Source: an uncultured Candidatus Poseidoniales archaeon
GTDB lineage: Archaea; Thermoplasmatota; Poseidoniia; Poseidoniales; Thalassarchaeaceae
Direction of reading: 5' to 3'
Assembly (NCBI GenBank): GCA_902573115.1
Contig: CACGIM010000004.1
Span: 1 to 52,659 of the forward strand
DNA length: 52,659 nt
This document shows, one piece after another, positions 38,233 through 48,036 of this stretch. The notes beneath the pieces are model-generated. The model saw nothing but the letters and a program-made list of their open reading frames with translations. It was not told where the DNA came from and ran no database searches. The translations under genes were made by a program, and so were the position numbers. How positions within the stretch are numbered: position 1 is the stretch's first letter; every line of letters starts with the position of its first letter.

Positions 38233-38466
38233 TCACAGCTCGGCGCAGGCTAGAGTTTTCGTGTTAATTACGCCTTCCACCGAACGTATAGAGTCGACTA
38301 CCAGTTTTGCTATCTCGCCCATAGTTTCTGCCTCGATCTTCAGTATCATGTCATGATCTCCGAACAGAACCTGTGCATCCTTAACAAAGGGCAGAGAGGA
38401 AACCTTCTCATGGACTGAGTACTCCGACCCGGGCTCAACATCAAGCAACACGTAACCGGTGGACAC
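38233..38466 (-). CDS. Lrp/AsnC ligand-binding (stand-alone RAM) domain protein
   Basis: GYVLLDVEPG, LFGDHDMILKIEA and IRSVEGVINTKT; no HTH domain. Confidence 0.85.
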   Translation of the reverse strand: MSTGYVLLDVEPGSEYSVHEKVSSLPFVKDAQVLFGDHDMILKIEAETMGEIAKLVVDSIRSVEGVINTKTLACAEL

Positions 38467-38561
38467 GTCTTACCGATGGGGGCTATAGGAATTAATCATT
38501 CCCTATTCAAAAAAAATCCCTTACGATGGATACATATCAGATGGCCTCTCTTCGCAGCCCT

Positions 38562-39203
38562 ATGGCCGACGTAGTTATTGTCAGAGAGTGTAGGCACGGT
38601 CAGGTTCGCGTTCTTTATGGGGACATTGTTGGAGTAGAAGGTGATGTTATGGTAATTCCAGCAAATAGCAGGCTTGCCGGAAGAGAGGGTTTGGATGAGA
38701 GGATGCAGCAATCAGCAGGAGACGGCCTCAGGGAGGCGTGTGCAGATATAGCAAAAGAAAGAAGGAAGTTAAATCTGCAACCTTGCGGTGTAGGTGAGGC
38801 AGTCACTACCCCTGCATTCGATCTTCCAGCTGCTAATCTAGTTCACGTTGTAGGTCCGGATTGTAGAAGGCCTACACAGGATAATTTCAGGAGAGAGCTG
38901 CTAAGAAACTCGTACGAAGCCTTGTTTCAAAAGACTGAAAATCTGGATCCTAGGAGTACGCTGGTCCTACCACCTCTAGGAATGGATGTCTATGCATACC
39001 CCCATAGGGAAGGAGCTAGAATGACTATGGAGATTATCTTGGCATGGATGGATGGAGAGCATGACCCGGGGGTAGAAATGGTGCTAATTGTCACTCATGA
39101 AGACAATTTCCTGAACAACATGAAGACGGTTTACCGAGAGAGCGAAGACCAATTTCCTGGTGTCGACAGGACAAGGGACTACAGAAAGGGAAAATTCCAG
39201 TAA
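38562..39203 (+). CDS. Macro domain (ADP-ribose-binding) protein
   Basis: GDI, IPANSRL, GEAVTTPAFDLPA..LVHVVGP, L..SY and PPLGMDVYAYP. The start lies between 38526 and 38562. Confidence 0.85.
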   Translation: MADVVIVRECRHGQVRVLYGDIVGVEGDVMVIPANSRLAGREGLDERMQQSAGDGLREACADIAKERRKLNLQPCGVGEAVTTPAFDLPAANLVHVVGPDCRRPTQDNFRRELLRNSYEALFQKTENLDPRSTLVLPPLGMDVYAYPHREGARMTMEIILAWMDGEHDPGVEMVLIVTHEDNFLNNMKTVYRESEDQFPGVDRTRDYRKGKFQ

Positions 39204-39246
39204 TTCGGACCGGTGTTCTCAATAACCCTGAGAACCGGATAGTGGC

Positions 39247-39819
39247 ATGGGTACCAACTACGAACGAGAGTTGAGATTGGTCCTCGCAGGGGATCTGAAA
39301 GGAGTAAGAGCAGTTACTAGATCCTGCAGTGAGATTGAGAGAGCTAGGGCCATGAAGGTTGTTCAGAGGCCTTTCCTTGTTGTAAGGGCCCCTGGAAGTG
39401 GATCAGAGGGCACTGGGGATTTGCTCGCCCTCAGGGGCGACATGTGCTTTCCAATAGAGGTGAAATCATCAAAAAAGGACAAAATCTACCTCTCTGGTAG
39501 AACCATGGACCAGTACAGTGCTCTAAAATCTACAGGGGAAGAATGTGGTCTGCTTCCACTTTATGCGTTTAGGTTGAAAGGTGTGAGGGGAGATAGTTGG
39601 AGGATAATGAAAGTCGAAGTAGATGGATTGAGAGGGAAACTTAGGCACCTTTCGAGAAGTATACCCTCCCTGACACTTACCAGCAGGGGTAAACCTCACC
39701 TTGACTGGAATGCTGGTATGCCAGTCCATCGATTCTTACATCTCATTTGCAAGTCGGAAGGAGCAAGAGGGATTGCCTCAGAGCCATCTGGCTTCACCAG
39801 TAAGTCGGTATCTAACTAA
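39247..39819 (+). CDS. hjc: Archaeal Holliday junction resolvase
   Basis: MGTNYEREL, VVRAPGSG, GDLLAL and IEVKS (PD-(D/E)xK nuclease). Confidence 0.88.
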   Translation: MGTNYERELRLVLAGDLKGVRAVTRSCSEIERARAMKVVQRPFLVVRAPGSGSEGTGDLLALRGDMCFPIEVKSSKKDKIYLSGRTMDQYSALKSTGEECGLLPLYAFRLKGVRGDSWRIMKVEVDGLRGKLRHLSRSIPSLTLTSRGKPHLDWNAGMPVHRFLHLICKSEGARGIASEPSGFTSKSVSN

Positions 39820-39992
39820 TCGGACCCTGAGAGCTTTGATTCTATAGATTCAATTTTTGTCTTAATTTCATTGAGCCTTGCTATTACAGTTTTCAATTCG
39901 GCCTGACTGAGAATTCTGTTGATGCTTTCTTTCTCCCTAGTCATCAGATCAAGGATGCGATTATCGCTCCTATCTTCGTCTCTAGACTGCAT
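39816..39992 (-). CDS. Small hypothetical coiled-coil protein
   Basis: Heptad-like LKTVIARLNEIKTKIESIESKL; convergent overlap with hjc. ATG 39992 is preferred. Confidence 0.45.
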   Translation of the reverse strand: MQSRDEDRSDNRILDLMTREKESINRILSQAELKTVIARLNEIKTKIESIESKLSGSD

Positions 39993-40077
39993 AGTTAATT
40001 TTGGGAAGGGGCAATCGGTATTGTCAGTTGCGACTATGAAGACGCAGGTTGAAGTGCAGTAGTTTGTTGTGGGCATC

Positions 40078-41643
40078 ATGGAAAAAGAGGAGGGCGCCGA
40101 CTTCCAGAGGGAAGCCGATGTTCCCCAGAGACGAAGTTTCTTTCTTCCCCTACTTATTCTCTATCTGATTTGGCTGTTGGGAGTTCCGTTAATTGGTGTT
40201 GTATTGATCGCCTTGTGGTTCTTAGCCCTGCAAATCGCTGAAGAAAAGGGCATTCTCGATAGATGGGATGCAACAAGAGTGCTTGGTGGGATTCTGATGG
40301 TCAGAACAAAAAGAGGCAAAGGCATGCTTGAGTTGATTTCAACAACCAAAAGGTTCTGGAGATTTTATGGGGAGATCTCGATTTGGCTTTGCTTCCTTGT
40401 AATGTTTGGTGTAATCCTAGTTCTATTCCTCTCTGCAATAGCCACCGCAATTAATCCTCCTGATGAGGTGCTTCCCGCTAGCGATTTACTCCTAATTCCA
40501 GGAGTGACTAGCTTCGTACCTTTCAAGTGGCCTGCTCTTGCTTTAATTATCGCGATTCTAATACATGAGTATAGCCATGGAATCCAAGCCAGGGCCCATG
40601 GGATGAGACTGAGAAGTTTTGGACTACTTCTTCTAGGCCCACTTCCACTGGGTGCTTTCGCCGAACCAGAAGAGTCGGAGATGGAGAGAATACCTCGAAG
40701 GGAGAGAATGAGGCTTTTCTCGGCAGGACCTTCGATAAATCTCTTTGCTACTTATATTGTCCTGATTATGCTATCCTCTGTTGCAAGTGGAATGGTGGCA
40801 GAGAACGAGGGTGTCCACGCAAGGGGCATCATTAGGGACGAAGGGGCGGAACAAGCTGGCATTCTCCCCTATGAAACGATAACTCACATCAATGGAAACA
40901 GAATATTGGACTATGATGATTTCTCATATGAGATGAGCTCTCTCGGATCTGGAGAGGTTGCATCATTTACCATATTATCTAGCCCAAATGTCACCAATGG
41001 TGCTGAGGAAAGAGTAGAAAGAACAGTATTTGTGACTCTGGGGGATCATTATGAATACATTTTAGATCAGTGTGATGGCGATCAGGAGTGTATTGAGAAT
41101 TGGGTGGAAATACTCGAAATTATGGATATACAAGAGGGGGATGCGTTCCTAGGGGTTTCCGACCTGAAATCATCAACCGGTGGAGTGGACAAATACTCGA
41201 GAATAATAGAGGGGGTATACGTTGAGGGTGAGTACTCGGTAGCTAGTACGATAATTGTTGCATTGCTTGAGCCAATAATCATGATCTTCACGCCTGTAGA
41301 GCTCGGTGGCCATACGATGCTGGAGCACGAGAGAGCGATGCTGGTGGCTGGAGACACTGGAATTGCATCGATTCTAGGCACCGACCTAATGCTTGATTTG
41401 TTTGATTTCTTATTCTGGCTTGTGTGGATAAACTTTCTACTAGGGTTCGCGAATTTGATTCCCATGATCCCATTTGATGGTGGTCACATGTTTAGAGATG
41501 CTACGCACTCAGTCTTGACGAGGCTGAGGTCGAAATGGCACCCAATGGAGGTGGAGTTGCTCGCCAATAGGGTTAGTTCGATGAGCAGCATTTTCATTCT
41601 GCTAATTCTTCTTGTCCCGGTTGTTATACCTAGGCTACTGTAG
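40078..41643 (+). CDS. Site-2 protease (M50) with PDZ domain
   Basis: Motifs HEYSHG, GAFAEP, SAGPSIN, PDZ-like GAEQAGILPYETITHING and NLIPMIPFDGG. Confidence 0.92.
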   Translation: MEKEEGADFQREADVPQRRSFFLPLLILYLIWLLGVPLIGVVLIALWFLALQIAEEKGILDRWDATRVLGGILMVRTKRGKGMLELISTTKRFWRFYGEISIWLCFLVMFGVILVLFLSAIATAINPPDEVLPASDLLLIPGVTSFVPFKWPALALIIAILIHEYSHGIQARAHGMRLRSFGLLLLGPLPLGAFAEPEESEMERIPRRERMRLFSAGPSINLFATYIVLIMLSSVASGMVAENEGVHARGIIRDEGAEQAGILPYETITHINGNRILDYDDFSYEMSSLGSGEVASFTILSSPNVTNGAEERVERTVFVTLGDHYEYILDQCDGDQECIENWVEILEIMDIQEGDAFLGVSDLKSSTGGVDKYSRIIEGVYVEGEYSVASTIIVALLEPIIMIFTPVELGGHTMLEHERAMLVAGDTGIASILGTDLMLDLFDFLFWLVWINFLLGFANLIPMIPFDGGHMFRDATHSVLTRLRSKWHPMEVELLANRVSSMSSIFILLILLVPVVIPRLL

Positions 41644-41645
41644 CT

Positions 41646-42341
41646 TCATTCTTCCTCTTCAATTTGCCTTGGTTCGTGGACCTCTCGAAAAATCACTTTT
41701 CCGACTCCTACATGCTCCCTGAGTGTAGTTACGAGAGAGAATTTAGTGAATGACCAGTTTTGGTCATAGGCCATTTCCTCAGGTAGAGTCATCGTGAGGT
41801 CATCGCCATCAAACTCTATCTCAAAGTCTTCCCTTCCGGTATTCATCTTCATCAGGGTCTGGACTTTTTCCTCTCTTTCTTCCACTACCTTGACAATCTT
41901 GTAGCTGTACCTCAGAGTTACTCCTGCCAAGGGATGGTTGTAGTCTATTCTAGCCCTTCCAGCGCTCATGAACTGTAGTATTCCGTTCCTGCCAGCTATC
42001 TCCACAGGTGACCCGATTCCCAGGGTGTTGGGGTCCCGTACACTCCGGAGAAGCACGTTTTGTGAGATAGTCTCGATCTTGTTCTGGTCTCTTTCACCAT
42101 AGGCCTGCTCAGGTTCTATTTCGAAGTCATAGTCCTTTTCCGCCTCGGCTTCGGCTAAGTGGGCCTCGAATCCCGGGATTAGTCTCCCGTCACCGACGAT
42201 CGTGATCATTGGGGAGTAGGTCCTGTTCTCATCTTCCAGATCATGCTCCTTAGCAGTATGCTCCCTTGTGGTCTCGATAAGTTGGTCAGTACTAGCGTTG
42301 TATAGGTCATAATCGACGTGAACGATGTTTCCCTCATCCAT
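41646..42341 (-). CDS. FKBP-type peptidyl-prolyl isomerase (archaeal long-type, SlyD-like)
   Basis: Motifs VHVDYDL, LIPGFE, PEQAYGERD and IDYNHPLAG. Confidence 0.9.
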   Translation of the reverse strand: MDEGNIVHVDYDLYNASTDQLIETTREHTAKEHDLEDENRTYSPMITIVGDGRLIPGFEAHLAEAEAEKDYDFEIEPEQAYGERDQNKIETISQNVLLRSVRDPNTLGIGSPVEIAGRNGILQFMSAGRARIDYNHPLAGVTLRYSYKIVKVVEEREEKVQTLMKMNTGREDFEIEFDGDDLTMTLPEEMAYDQNWSFTKFSLVTTLREHVGVGKVIFREVHEPRQIEEEE

Positions 42342-42467
42342 TAAAACACCCTGTGGGGGCCAAGCCACTCGCTTCCCCCTTTTCATTCAAACGGTTTGCC
42401 ATAATCTTGTCCTTCATCAACTGCCATCCCTTTGTCGGGCGATTCTGGATGTGAAAATAGCGCCATT

Positions 42468-44828
42468 TCACGCTTTATGTTTCTGGAGGTGCCCTGCAAA
42501 GGAAGCGAATGCATTTCCCAACAATATCATGAGCCAGCCGACCCAGACGAGGTGGCTACCAGGCAGGTGGTGAACGGTGACCCTGACCTGCTCGACCTCG
42601 TCTGTCTGCCCCATTATCATCGAGGAGAGCAGCTCGTTTGACTGCAGGAGGTCCAGAATGACGATCGTATCGCCAGTTAGATGAGGCATCCTATCGACCT
42701 CAGATCTGGCGGAGACCGCTCCAGAAGGAGAGTCGAAACGGAGCATCCCAGGAGTGAGCTCGCCCAGAAGCTCTCCATCGTCCCAAGCCTCAATCACGAT
42801 TCCCACGTACCCGTCACCGATGCTGTACCCGTAGTCATCGTCATCGGCTTCTACGAGATCAACCCCTGTGAATACAAGGTCCATTCCCCGGTGTCTTACT
42901 GGTTCGTCCCTGTCCAGCGTGACGAGGTTGGATGAGTCAGTCCTGTCGACCAAGGTAGTGGTCAGCACGTGACCGACAAGGAGGATTAGTATCCCTGCAT
43001 GGGATAGGTGTGACCCCAGCATCCTAGTCCTCGCCGGCTTTGACCGGATTTCCTCCCTGAAAAGAACAGGCGCGGTTGTACTTGCGCTCCTCCAAAGCTG
43101 GAGAATACTGGGCGGTATGGCCAGTGCCAACCATGTCAGCATGAACATCGAAAGTGCCCCCCTAGAGACCGAGTCAGTGATCAATAGATCCTGATTACCT
43201 GGAAGATCGATGTGGCTCGAGAAGTAAGCCATGGCAATGGAAAGAATGGTCGCAGTGACCAGACCGACTGTCCCTGCCCTTGCGCTTACCCCCTTGCCAA
43301 GAGCGTAGAGAGCAAGCCCTATTGCGGCCAGTGTTATCAATGGGGCACCGTAGTACTCGTGAGCCGCGATGTTAGTACCGTCTATCTCCACGGTGAGGAG
43401 GATCCAGGTAAGCAGAAGAAAGGAGACTGAGAGGTGCCACGGAAAGGACCGGACGGCCTTGGTCCTGTATGAGGAGTCGCTGAAGACTAGTGTAAACCAC
43501 TTGAAGTCGTCCTGACCCTCGTCGGGAATTAGCCATACAAGCATGAATGGAACGATTCCCGCTAGTGACTGGTACCACTCGGAGATCCATGCCCAGCTGG
43601 AGAAGAGCATCAGCAGGACTCCCGCAGCCACCCAGTGGGTGGGAGGGCTCTCCCTGTCACCGTTCAAGAGAAGGAGCAAAGATGCAAGGCCCGCGAACAG
43701 AACCGCAGAAGATCCTATCCAAAGTCCTACAGCAGAGAAGTACGCGAGCATTCCCAGAGCCAGCGGTCTGTTCGATTGCATCAGCGTATTAGAGCCCATT
43801 GACTCGATTACCCTGCTCTGTTCCCTGATAAGGTGAGTCACACCGAGACAGGAGAGTAAGACTACTGAGGCCAAGTAGAAGAGGATCTCGAAACCCACGG
43901 GGGATAAGTCGATGATCTCCACTACCCTGAGATAAGGGTCTCTTGGCATTGAGTTCTCCCCGTCACCCACGAAAGCGTGCACTGAGGCCCATACGCCATT
44001 TGCCCTTGTGACCAAAGTGGCGTGCATCACGAGCGCTCCTACAACCAGACTCATTGCAGGCGAGGATGAGAATGGTCTTTCCGAGAGATTTCTCGACCTA
44101 GCATGAACGATGGCGAGAAGGGCCAGCCAAGGCAGGAGGGAACCGGTCTCGACCGGGTCCCATGCCCAATAACCACCCCAATCCAGAACTGTGTATGCCC
44201 ATAGTCCACCCAAACCTATACCTATTGTGCCTGCGAGTAAAGAGTACCTTGCCCAGACCAACGAGGACTCATGAATCTCCTCAGATGGCCTTCTACTCAA
44301 TACGCCGGCCACCGCGATACTCGCCGTTGCGAGGCAAAGTGAGTAATAAGCAAAAACTACTGGAGGATGAATGACCATCAGGTTGGTCTGAAGGAGAGGA
44401 CTGATCTCCCCACTGGACCCAAGCAAACTTGGTGAGAAAGGACGTAAGACTGAGGATACAAGGAGGATCATGGCAGTCCATCCATGCATTACCCGTATCG
44501 ATAACCGATCCGACTTGTTTTCGCTGGACATCGCCCAACTTATGACACTCATGAACGAGGCCCACATAAGAAGAGGGCCGGCTCTGCTGCCCCAAACTGC
44601 GGAGATCCTGTAGAGGGGAGGGAGGCCATTTCCTACGTAATCCGAGACAAGCCTCAGGCTAGTAGACTCAGTCAGAAAGCAAGCAGAGAGGAACAGGAAC
44701 GGGGAGGACTGACACAACATTGTCATGAGTCTGTTTCTGTTGCCTTCAAGGAGATCTGGGCGGGTTGCCTGTATCGTACTCACAAGCAGTGCAATAATCA
44801 GTATCGAGTATCCTAGGAGGGTGAGCAT
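42468..44828 (-). CDS. ccmF: Cytochrome c maturation heme lyase, CcmF/NrfE family
   Basis: SAVWGSRAGPLLMW, PLLQ..LMVIHPP, WWD-domain WGGYWAWDPVETGSLLPWL, SVHAF and LSHAG. Confidence 0.9.
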   Translation of the reverse strand: MLTLLGYSILIIALLVSTIQATRPDLLEGNRNRLMTMLCQSSPFLFLSACFLTESTSLRLVSDYVGNGLPPLYRISAVWGSRAGPLLMWASFMSVISWAMSSENKSDRLSIRVMHGWTAMILLVSSVLRPFSPSLLGSSGEISPLLQTNLMVIHPPVVFAYYSLCLATASIAVAGVLSRRPSEEIHESSLVWARYSLLAGTIGIGLGGLWAYTVLDWGGYWAWDPVETGSLLPWLALLAIVHARSRNLSERPFSSSPAMSLVVGALVMHATLVTRANGVWASVHAFVGDGENSMPRDPYLRVVEIIDLSPVGFEILFYLASVVLLSCLGVTHLIREQSRVIESMGSNTLMQSNRPLALGMLAYFSAVGLWIGSSAVLFAGLASLLLLLNGDRESPPTHWVAAGVLLMLFSSWAWISEWYQSLAGIVPFMLVWLIPDEGQDDFKWFTLVFSDSSYRTKAVRSFPWHLSVSFLLLTWILLTVEIDGTNIAAHEYYGAPLITLAAIGLALYALGKGVSARAGTVGLVTATILSIAMAYFSSHIDLPGNQDLLITDSVSRGALSMFMLTWLALAIPPSILQLWRSASTTAPVLFREEIRSKPARTRMLGSHLSHAGILILLVGHVLTTTLVDRTDSSNLVTLDRDEPVRHRGMDLVFTGVDLVEADDDDYGYSIGDGYVGIVIEAWDDGELLGELTPGMLRFDSPSGAVSARSEVDRMPHLTGDTIVILDLLQSNELLSSMIMGQTDEVEQVRVTVHHLPGSHLVWVGWLMILLGNAFASFAGHLQKHKA

Positions 44829-44831
44829 CGT

Positions 44832-46076
44832 TCACCATCCGTAGTATTTCGCCCTGCTATATCCGAAGGCGAGCATAGCCGGAACTATCTTCTTTGAGTA
44901 AAGCCCAGGTCTTCTAAGCAGCAGCCTCAATCCGACCATTGTCTTTCCTGAGATTCCCATATCAGACATCTCATCCGGAAAGCAGGTTGCCATAACCGAC
45001 ATCTCTTCGTCTGTCAGATTAAATAGTGCGTTTTTCCCTCTGAGTATCTTGTCATAGGGAGGGAACTCTTCCTTCCACTTCCTTGTGTATTCTGACATCA
45101 TCTCGGAGCTGGTATTGCCCTCGGAAATTGCTTTCGCGGCTGTCTCGGCCGCATAGACAGCAGACTTCAGGGCTAGGTGTGATCCACCTTCAAAAAGCGG
45201 CGAGGTAAAACCTGCGGCGTCTCCCACCAGTAGTAATCCATCATGGTGTGTATTCTCGAACGGTCCGGATATAGGTATGGTACCGCCGAACGCTGGGCTC
45301 CCCTTCTCCTTCCAAGGTGGTAGGACCTGCTCTGAGTCCTTGAAATGGGTATCTTCGATGAATTCGTCGAGTGCCTTCTTTGCCCTGGGCCTATCCTCAG
45401 TGACCAGACCTACGTTTGCCCTTCCATCACATTTTGGAATCATCCATAGGTATCCCTTCTCGGCGTAGCTGGGCCAAATGTAGAAATCTAGGTATCCGTC
45501 TGTTGGTACGTCAGTGAGTTCGTACTGCATCCCTGCAACCACCTTGCCCTTCTCGTTGAGTGGTTTGCCTTCACTCGTTTTTACGAGCTTTGAGCATACG
45601 GCTGCAACGCCTGAAGCGTCGATAACGACCTTCGCCTCTATTGGGAACTCATCTCCCTTGCCATTGCACCTCCAACCTTCGAAATTTCCGTTTTCCATCC
45701 TCTCCATAGACTGAAGCTTGTGACCTAAGTGCATCCTAGCTCCCGCTGCGACGGCTTCATCCGCGATCCATCTTTCAAAGAGGTGCTTCTCCAAAACATA
45801 TCCCTCCTCAGTGAGACACTTCTCAGTTCGATCAGGGAATATTACCCTGATTCCTTGGACCCTTTTGCTAATCACTTCGTCAGGGAGGTTGAGGTCAAGG
45901 TTCTGGCACGCAATCTCCGAAATGCACTCCCCGCAATGGACTGGAGTACCTATCTCCGGATGATCCTCAATTAGCAACGTCTTGAGCCCCAAGCGTGCGC
46001 TCTGGAGGGCCGCATTACCCCCTCCGGGTCCTGCACCGATCACAAGGACATCACATGATGTGACCGCTTCACCCAT
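44832..46076 (-). CDS. Geranylgeranyl reductase family flavoprotein (DGGGPL reductase-like)
   Basis: Motifs GAGPGG, PVHCGE, IDASG, GYLWMIPK, ANVGL and VGDAAGFTSPLFEGG. Confidence 0.88.
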   Translation of the reverse strand: MGEAVTSCDVLVIGAGPGGGNAALQSARLGLKTLLIEDHPEIGTPVHCGECISEIACQNLDLNLPDEVISKRVQGIRVIFPDRTEKCLTEEGYVLEKHLFERWIADEAVAAGARMHLGHKLQSMERMENGNFEGWRCNGKGDEFPIEAKVVIDASGVAAVCSKLVKTSEGKPLNEKGKVVAGMQYELTDVPTDGYLDFYIWPSYAEKGYLWMIPKCDGRANVGLVTEDRPRAKKALDEFIEDTHFKDSEQVLPPWKEKGSPAFGGTIPISGPFENTHHDGLLLVGDAAGFTSPLFEGGSHLALKSAVYAAETAAKAISEGNTSSEMMSEYTRKWKEEFPPYDKILRGKNALFNLTDEEMSVMATCFPDEMSDMGISGKTMVGLRLLLRRPGLYSKKIVPAMLAFGYSRAKYYGW

Positions 46077-46169
46077 GCTTTATCGGTAGGGTCACCATCA
46101 AAGAAACCCTCGGTTTGTTTACCTCGCAGAAAGCGAACCTTCTCATGATGGAAGGGCGGGGGGAGCAAT

Positions 46170-48035
46170 ATGGGATGGAGAAGTCTCGAAGAGTTCGTCC
46201 GAGAGCTAGAGTCCAGAGGGGAATTGCTCAGAGTCAGTCACCCGGTCAATCTTGAGTTCGAAGCAGGATGTATTGCCGACCGTCTTGTGAAAACTGGTGG
46301 TCCTGCAGTAATCTTCGACCAACCAAGGCTTGCTGATGGAAGTATCAGCAAATTCCCTCTAGCGATGAACCTGTTTGGAACCAGGGAGAGGACAAATCTG
46401 GCACTTGGAGTCGATAAACCTGCAGAAATCGGCAATATGATGACTGGCTTGATGAAGCCTGATGTTGGTGGCATAATTAGGAGGCCTTGGACTGGTCTCG
46501 GTTTACTGAGGCAAGCAGTCTCGATGGCTCCGATGCGGATCCGGAGAGGTAAGTGTCAGCAGGTCAGGATTACAGACCCTGATATGACAAGGCTCCCAAT
46601 TCCAACAACATGGCCAATGGATGGTGGACCATTTATGACCTTGCCGTTGGTGATTACAGCTGATCCTGAAACAGGAACCCATAATATGGGCATGTACAGG
46701 AGCCAAGTGTTTGGTTCCAAAGAGGTGGGGCTGCACTGGCAGAAGCATAAGCACGGTGCCGATCACGCAGAGTCCACGGATGGAAGGATGCCTGTTGCGA
46801 TATGTCTGGGAGGACCTCCGCAGATAATTTTCAGTGCCATCGCTCCACTTCCTGACAATCTGTCAGAATATGAGTTCGCAGGGCTTCTGAGCAGGAGGAG
46901 GCTCAGAATTACAAAATGTCTGACTAATGACCTATGGGTACCGGCAGACTCGGACCTTGTTATCGAGGGTTTCATGGTTCCAGGGGATAATCGATTGGAG
47001 GGCCCATTCGGGGATCATTTCGGACATTACTCTCTTCAGGACGAATATCCAGTTATGCATGTAACCGCAATCACTCACAAAAAGGATCCTATGGTACCAA
47101 TGACAATAGTAGGGGTACCTCCAATGGAGGACGGTTACCTCGGTGAGGCGATCGGTGACGCTCTTTTACCTGTTCTGAAGTTCCAGCACAGAGATGTAGT
47201 GGACACATTCCTGCCGCTTGAGACCGGATTTCATAATCTAGCTATCATTTCTTCGAAACAGAGATTCCCGAGGCAGGCTAGGAAGACTGCGTTAGGGCTA
47301 CTTGGGGCAGGGCAAATGATGTTCCTCAAGGTAGTAATTGTCGTAGACGAGAATCACCAAGTCAAGGACTTGGATGCTCTTCTTGATGCATTGGAGGACA
47401 AGGTCAGTGTTCACCATGACTTGGTGACACTGAAAGGTATGGTAGCTGATTCATTAGCACACACATCGCCCTGGGAAAACATACATGATAAGCTAATTAT
47501 CGATGCTACCACGGTTATGCAGAATGATCCCATAGGGCCAGTGGTCAAGGAACCTGTGGGTGATTCTCTGGCAATTACTGTTTCTGCTATGGATGGGGTT
47601 GTGCAAGCAAGGATGCTGAGGCCTTCCATGATGGTAATAACCACTGAGGTGCAGGGAGGGCCGGTGCCAGAAGAGAGTATGGAGGAAGAAAACGAACAGT
47701 TGGCGAATCTTCAGAGACAGCGTATCTCAACGATCATCGATTCGATATGGAAACTGGAGGCTTCCAAGGGTTTGAGGTGGCTATTCATCACAGATATCGA
47801 TGCAGACTTACAGGATGAAAACTGGAAGAGGAGGCTGCTTTGGCAGCTATTTTGTAGATTCGATGTTAGTAGAGACCTGCATTTTGACGAGAGTAAAACC
47901 AGGGTGGCCTGGGACGCCACTGCTCCCATTCCCTCCAAGGAGGGCCCAATCCCTGTGCGCAGGTGGCCAGCGGTTACACTTCATGACCCTGACTTGGTGA
48001 GAACGGTGGATGAATGGCTAACTCAGAGGTTGTGA
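46170..48035 (+). CDS. UbiD-family prFMN decarboxylase, menaquinone (futalosine pathway, MqnL-like) type
   Basis: Motifs NLFGT, HNMGMYR, LHWQKHKHG, EGPFGDHFGHY, VGVPPMED and GAGQMMFLK, with a duplicated C-terminal DAT-containing domain. Confidence 0.85.
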   Translation: MGWRSLEEFVRELESRGELLRVSHPVNLEFEAGCIADRLVKTGGPAVIFDQPRLADGSISKFPLAMNLFGTRERTNLALGVDKPAEIGNMMTGLMKPDVGGIIRRPWTGLGLLRQAVSMAPMRIRRGKCQQVRITDPDMTRLPIPTTWPMDGGPFMTLPLVITADPETGTHNMGMYRSQVFGSKEVGLHWQKHKHGADHAESTDGRMPVAICLGGPPQIIFSAIAPLPDNLSEYEFAGLLSRRRLRITKCLTNDLWVPADSDLVIEGFMVPGDNRLEGPFGDHFGHYSLQDEYPVMHVTAITHKKDPMVPMTIVGVPPMEDGYLGEAIGDALLPVLKFQHRDVVDTFLPLETGFHNLAIISSKQRFPRQARKTALGLLGAGQMMFLKVVIVVDENHQVKDLDALLDALEDKVSVHHDLVTLKGMVADSLAHTSPWENIHDKLIIDATTVMQNDPIGPVVKEPVGDSLAITVSAMDGVVQARMLRPSMMVITTEVQGGPVPEESMEEENEQLANLQRQRISTIIDSIWKLEASKGLRWLFITDIDADLQDENWKRRLLWQLFCRFDVSRDLHFDESKTRVAWDATAPIPSKEGPIPVRRWPAVTLHDPDLVRTVDEWLTQRL

Positions 48036-48036
48036 C

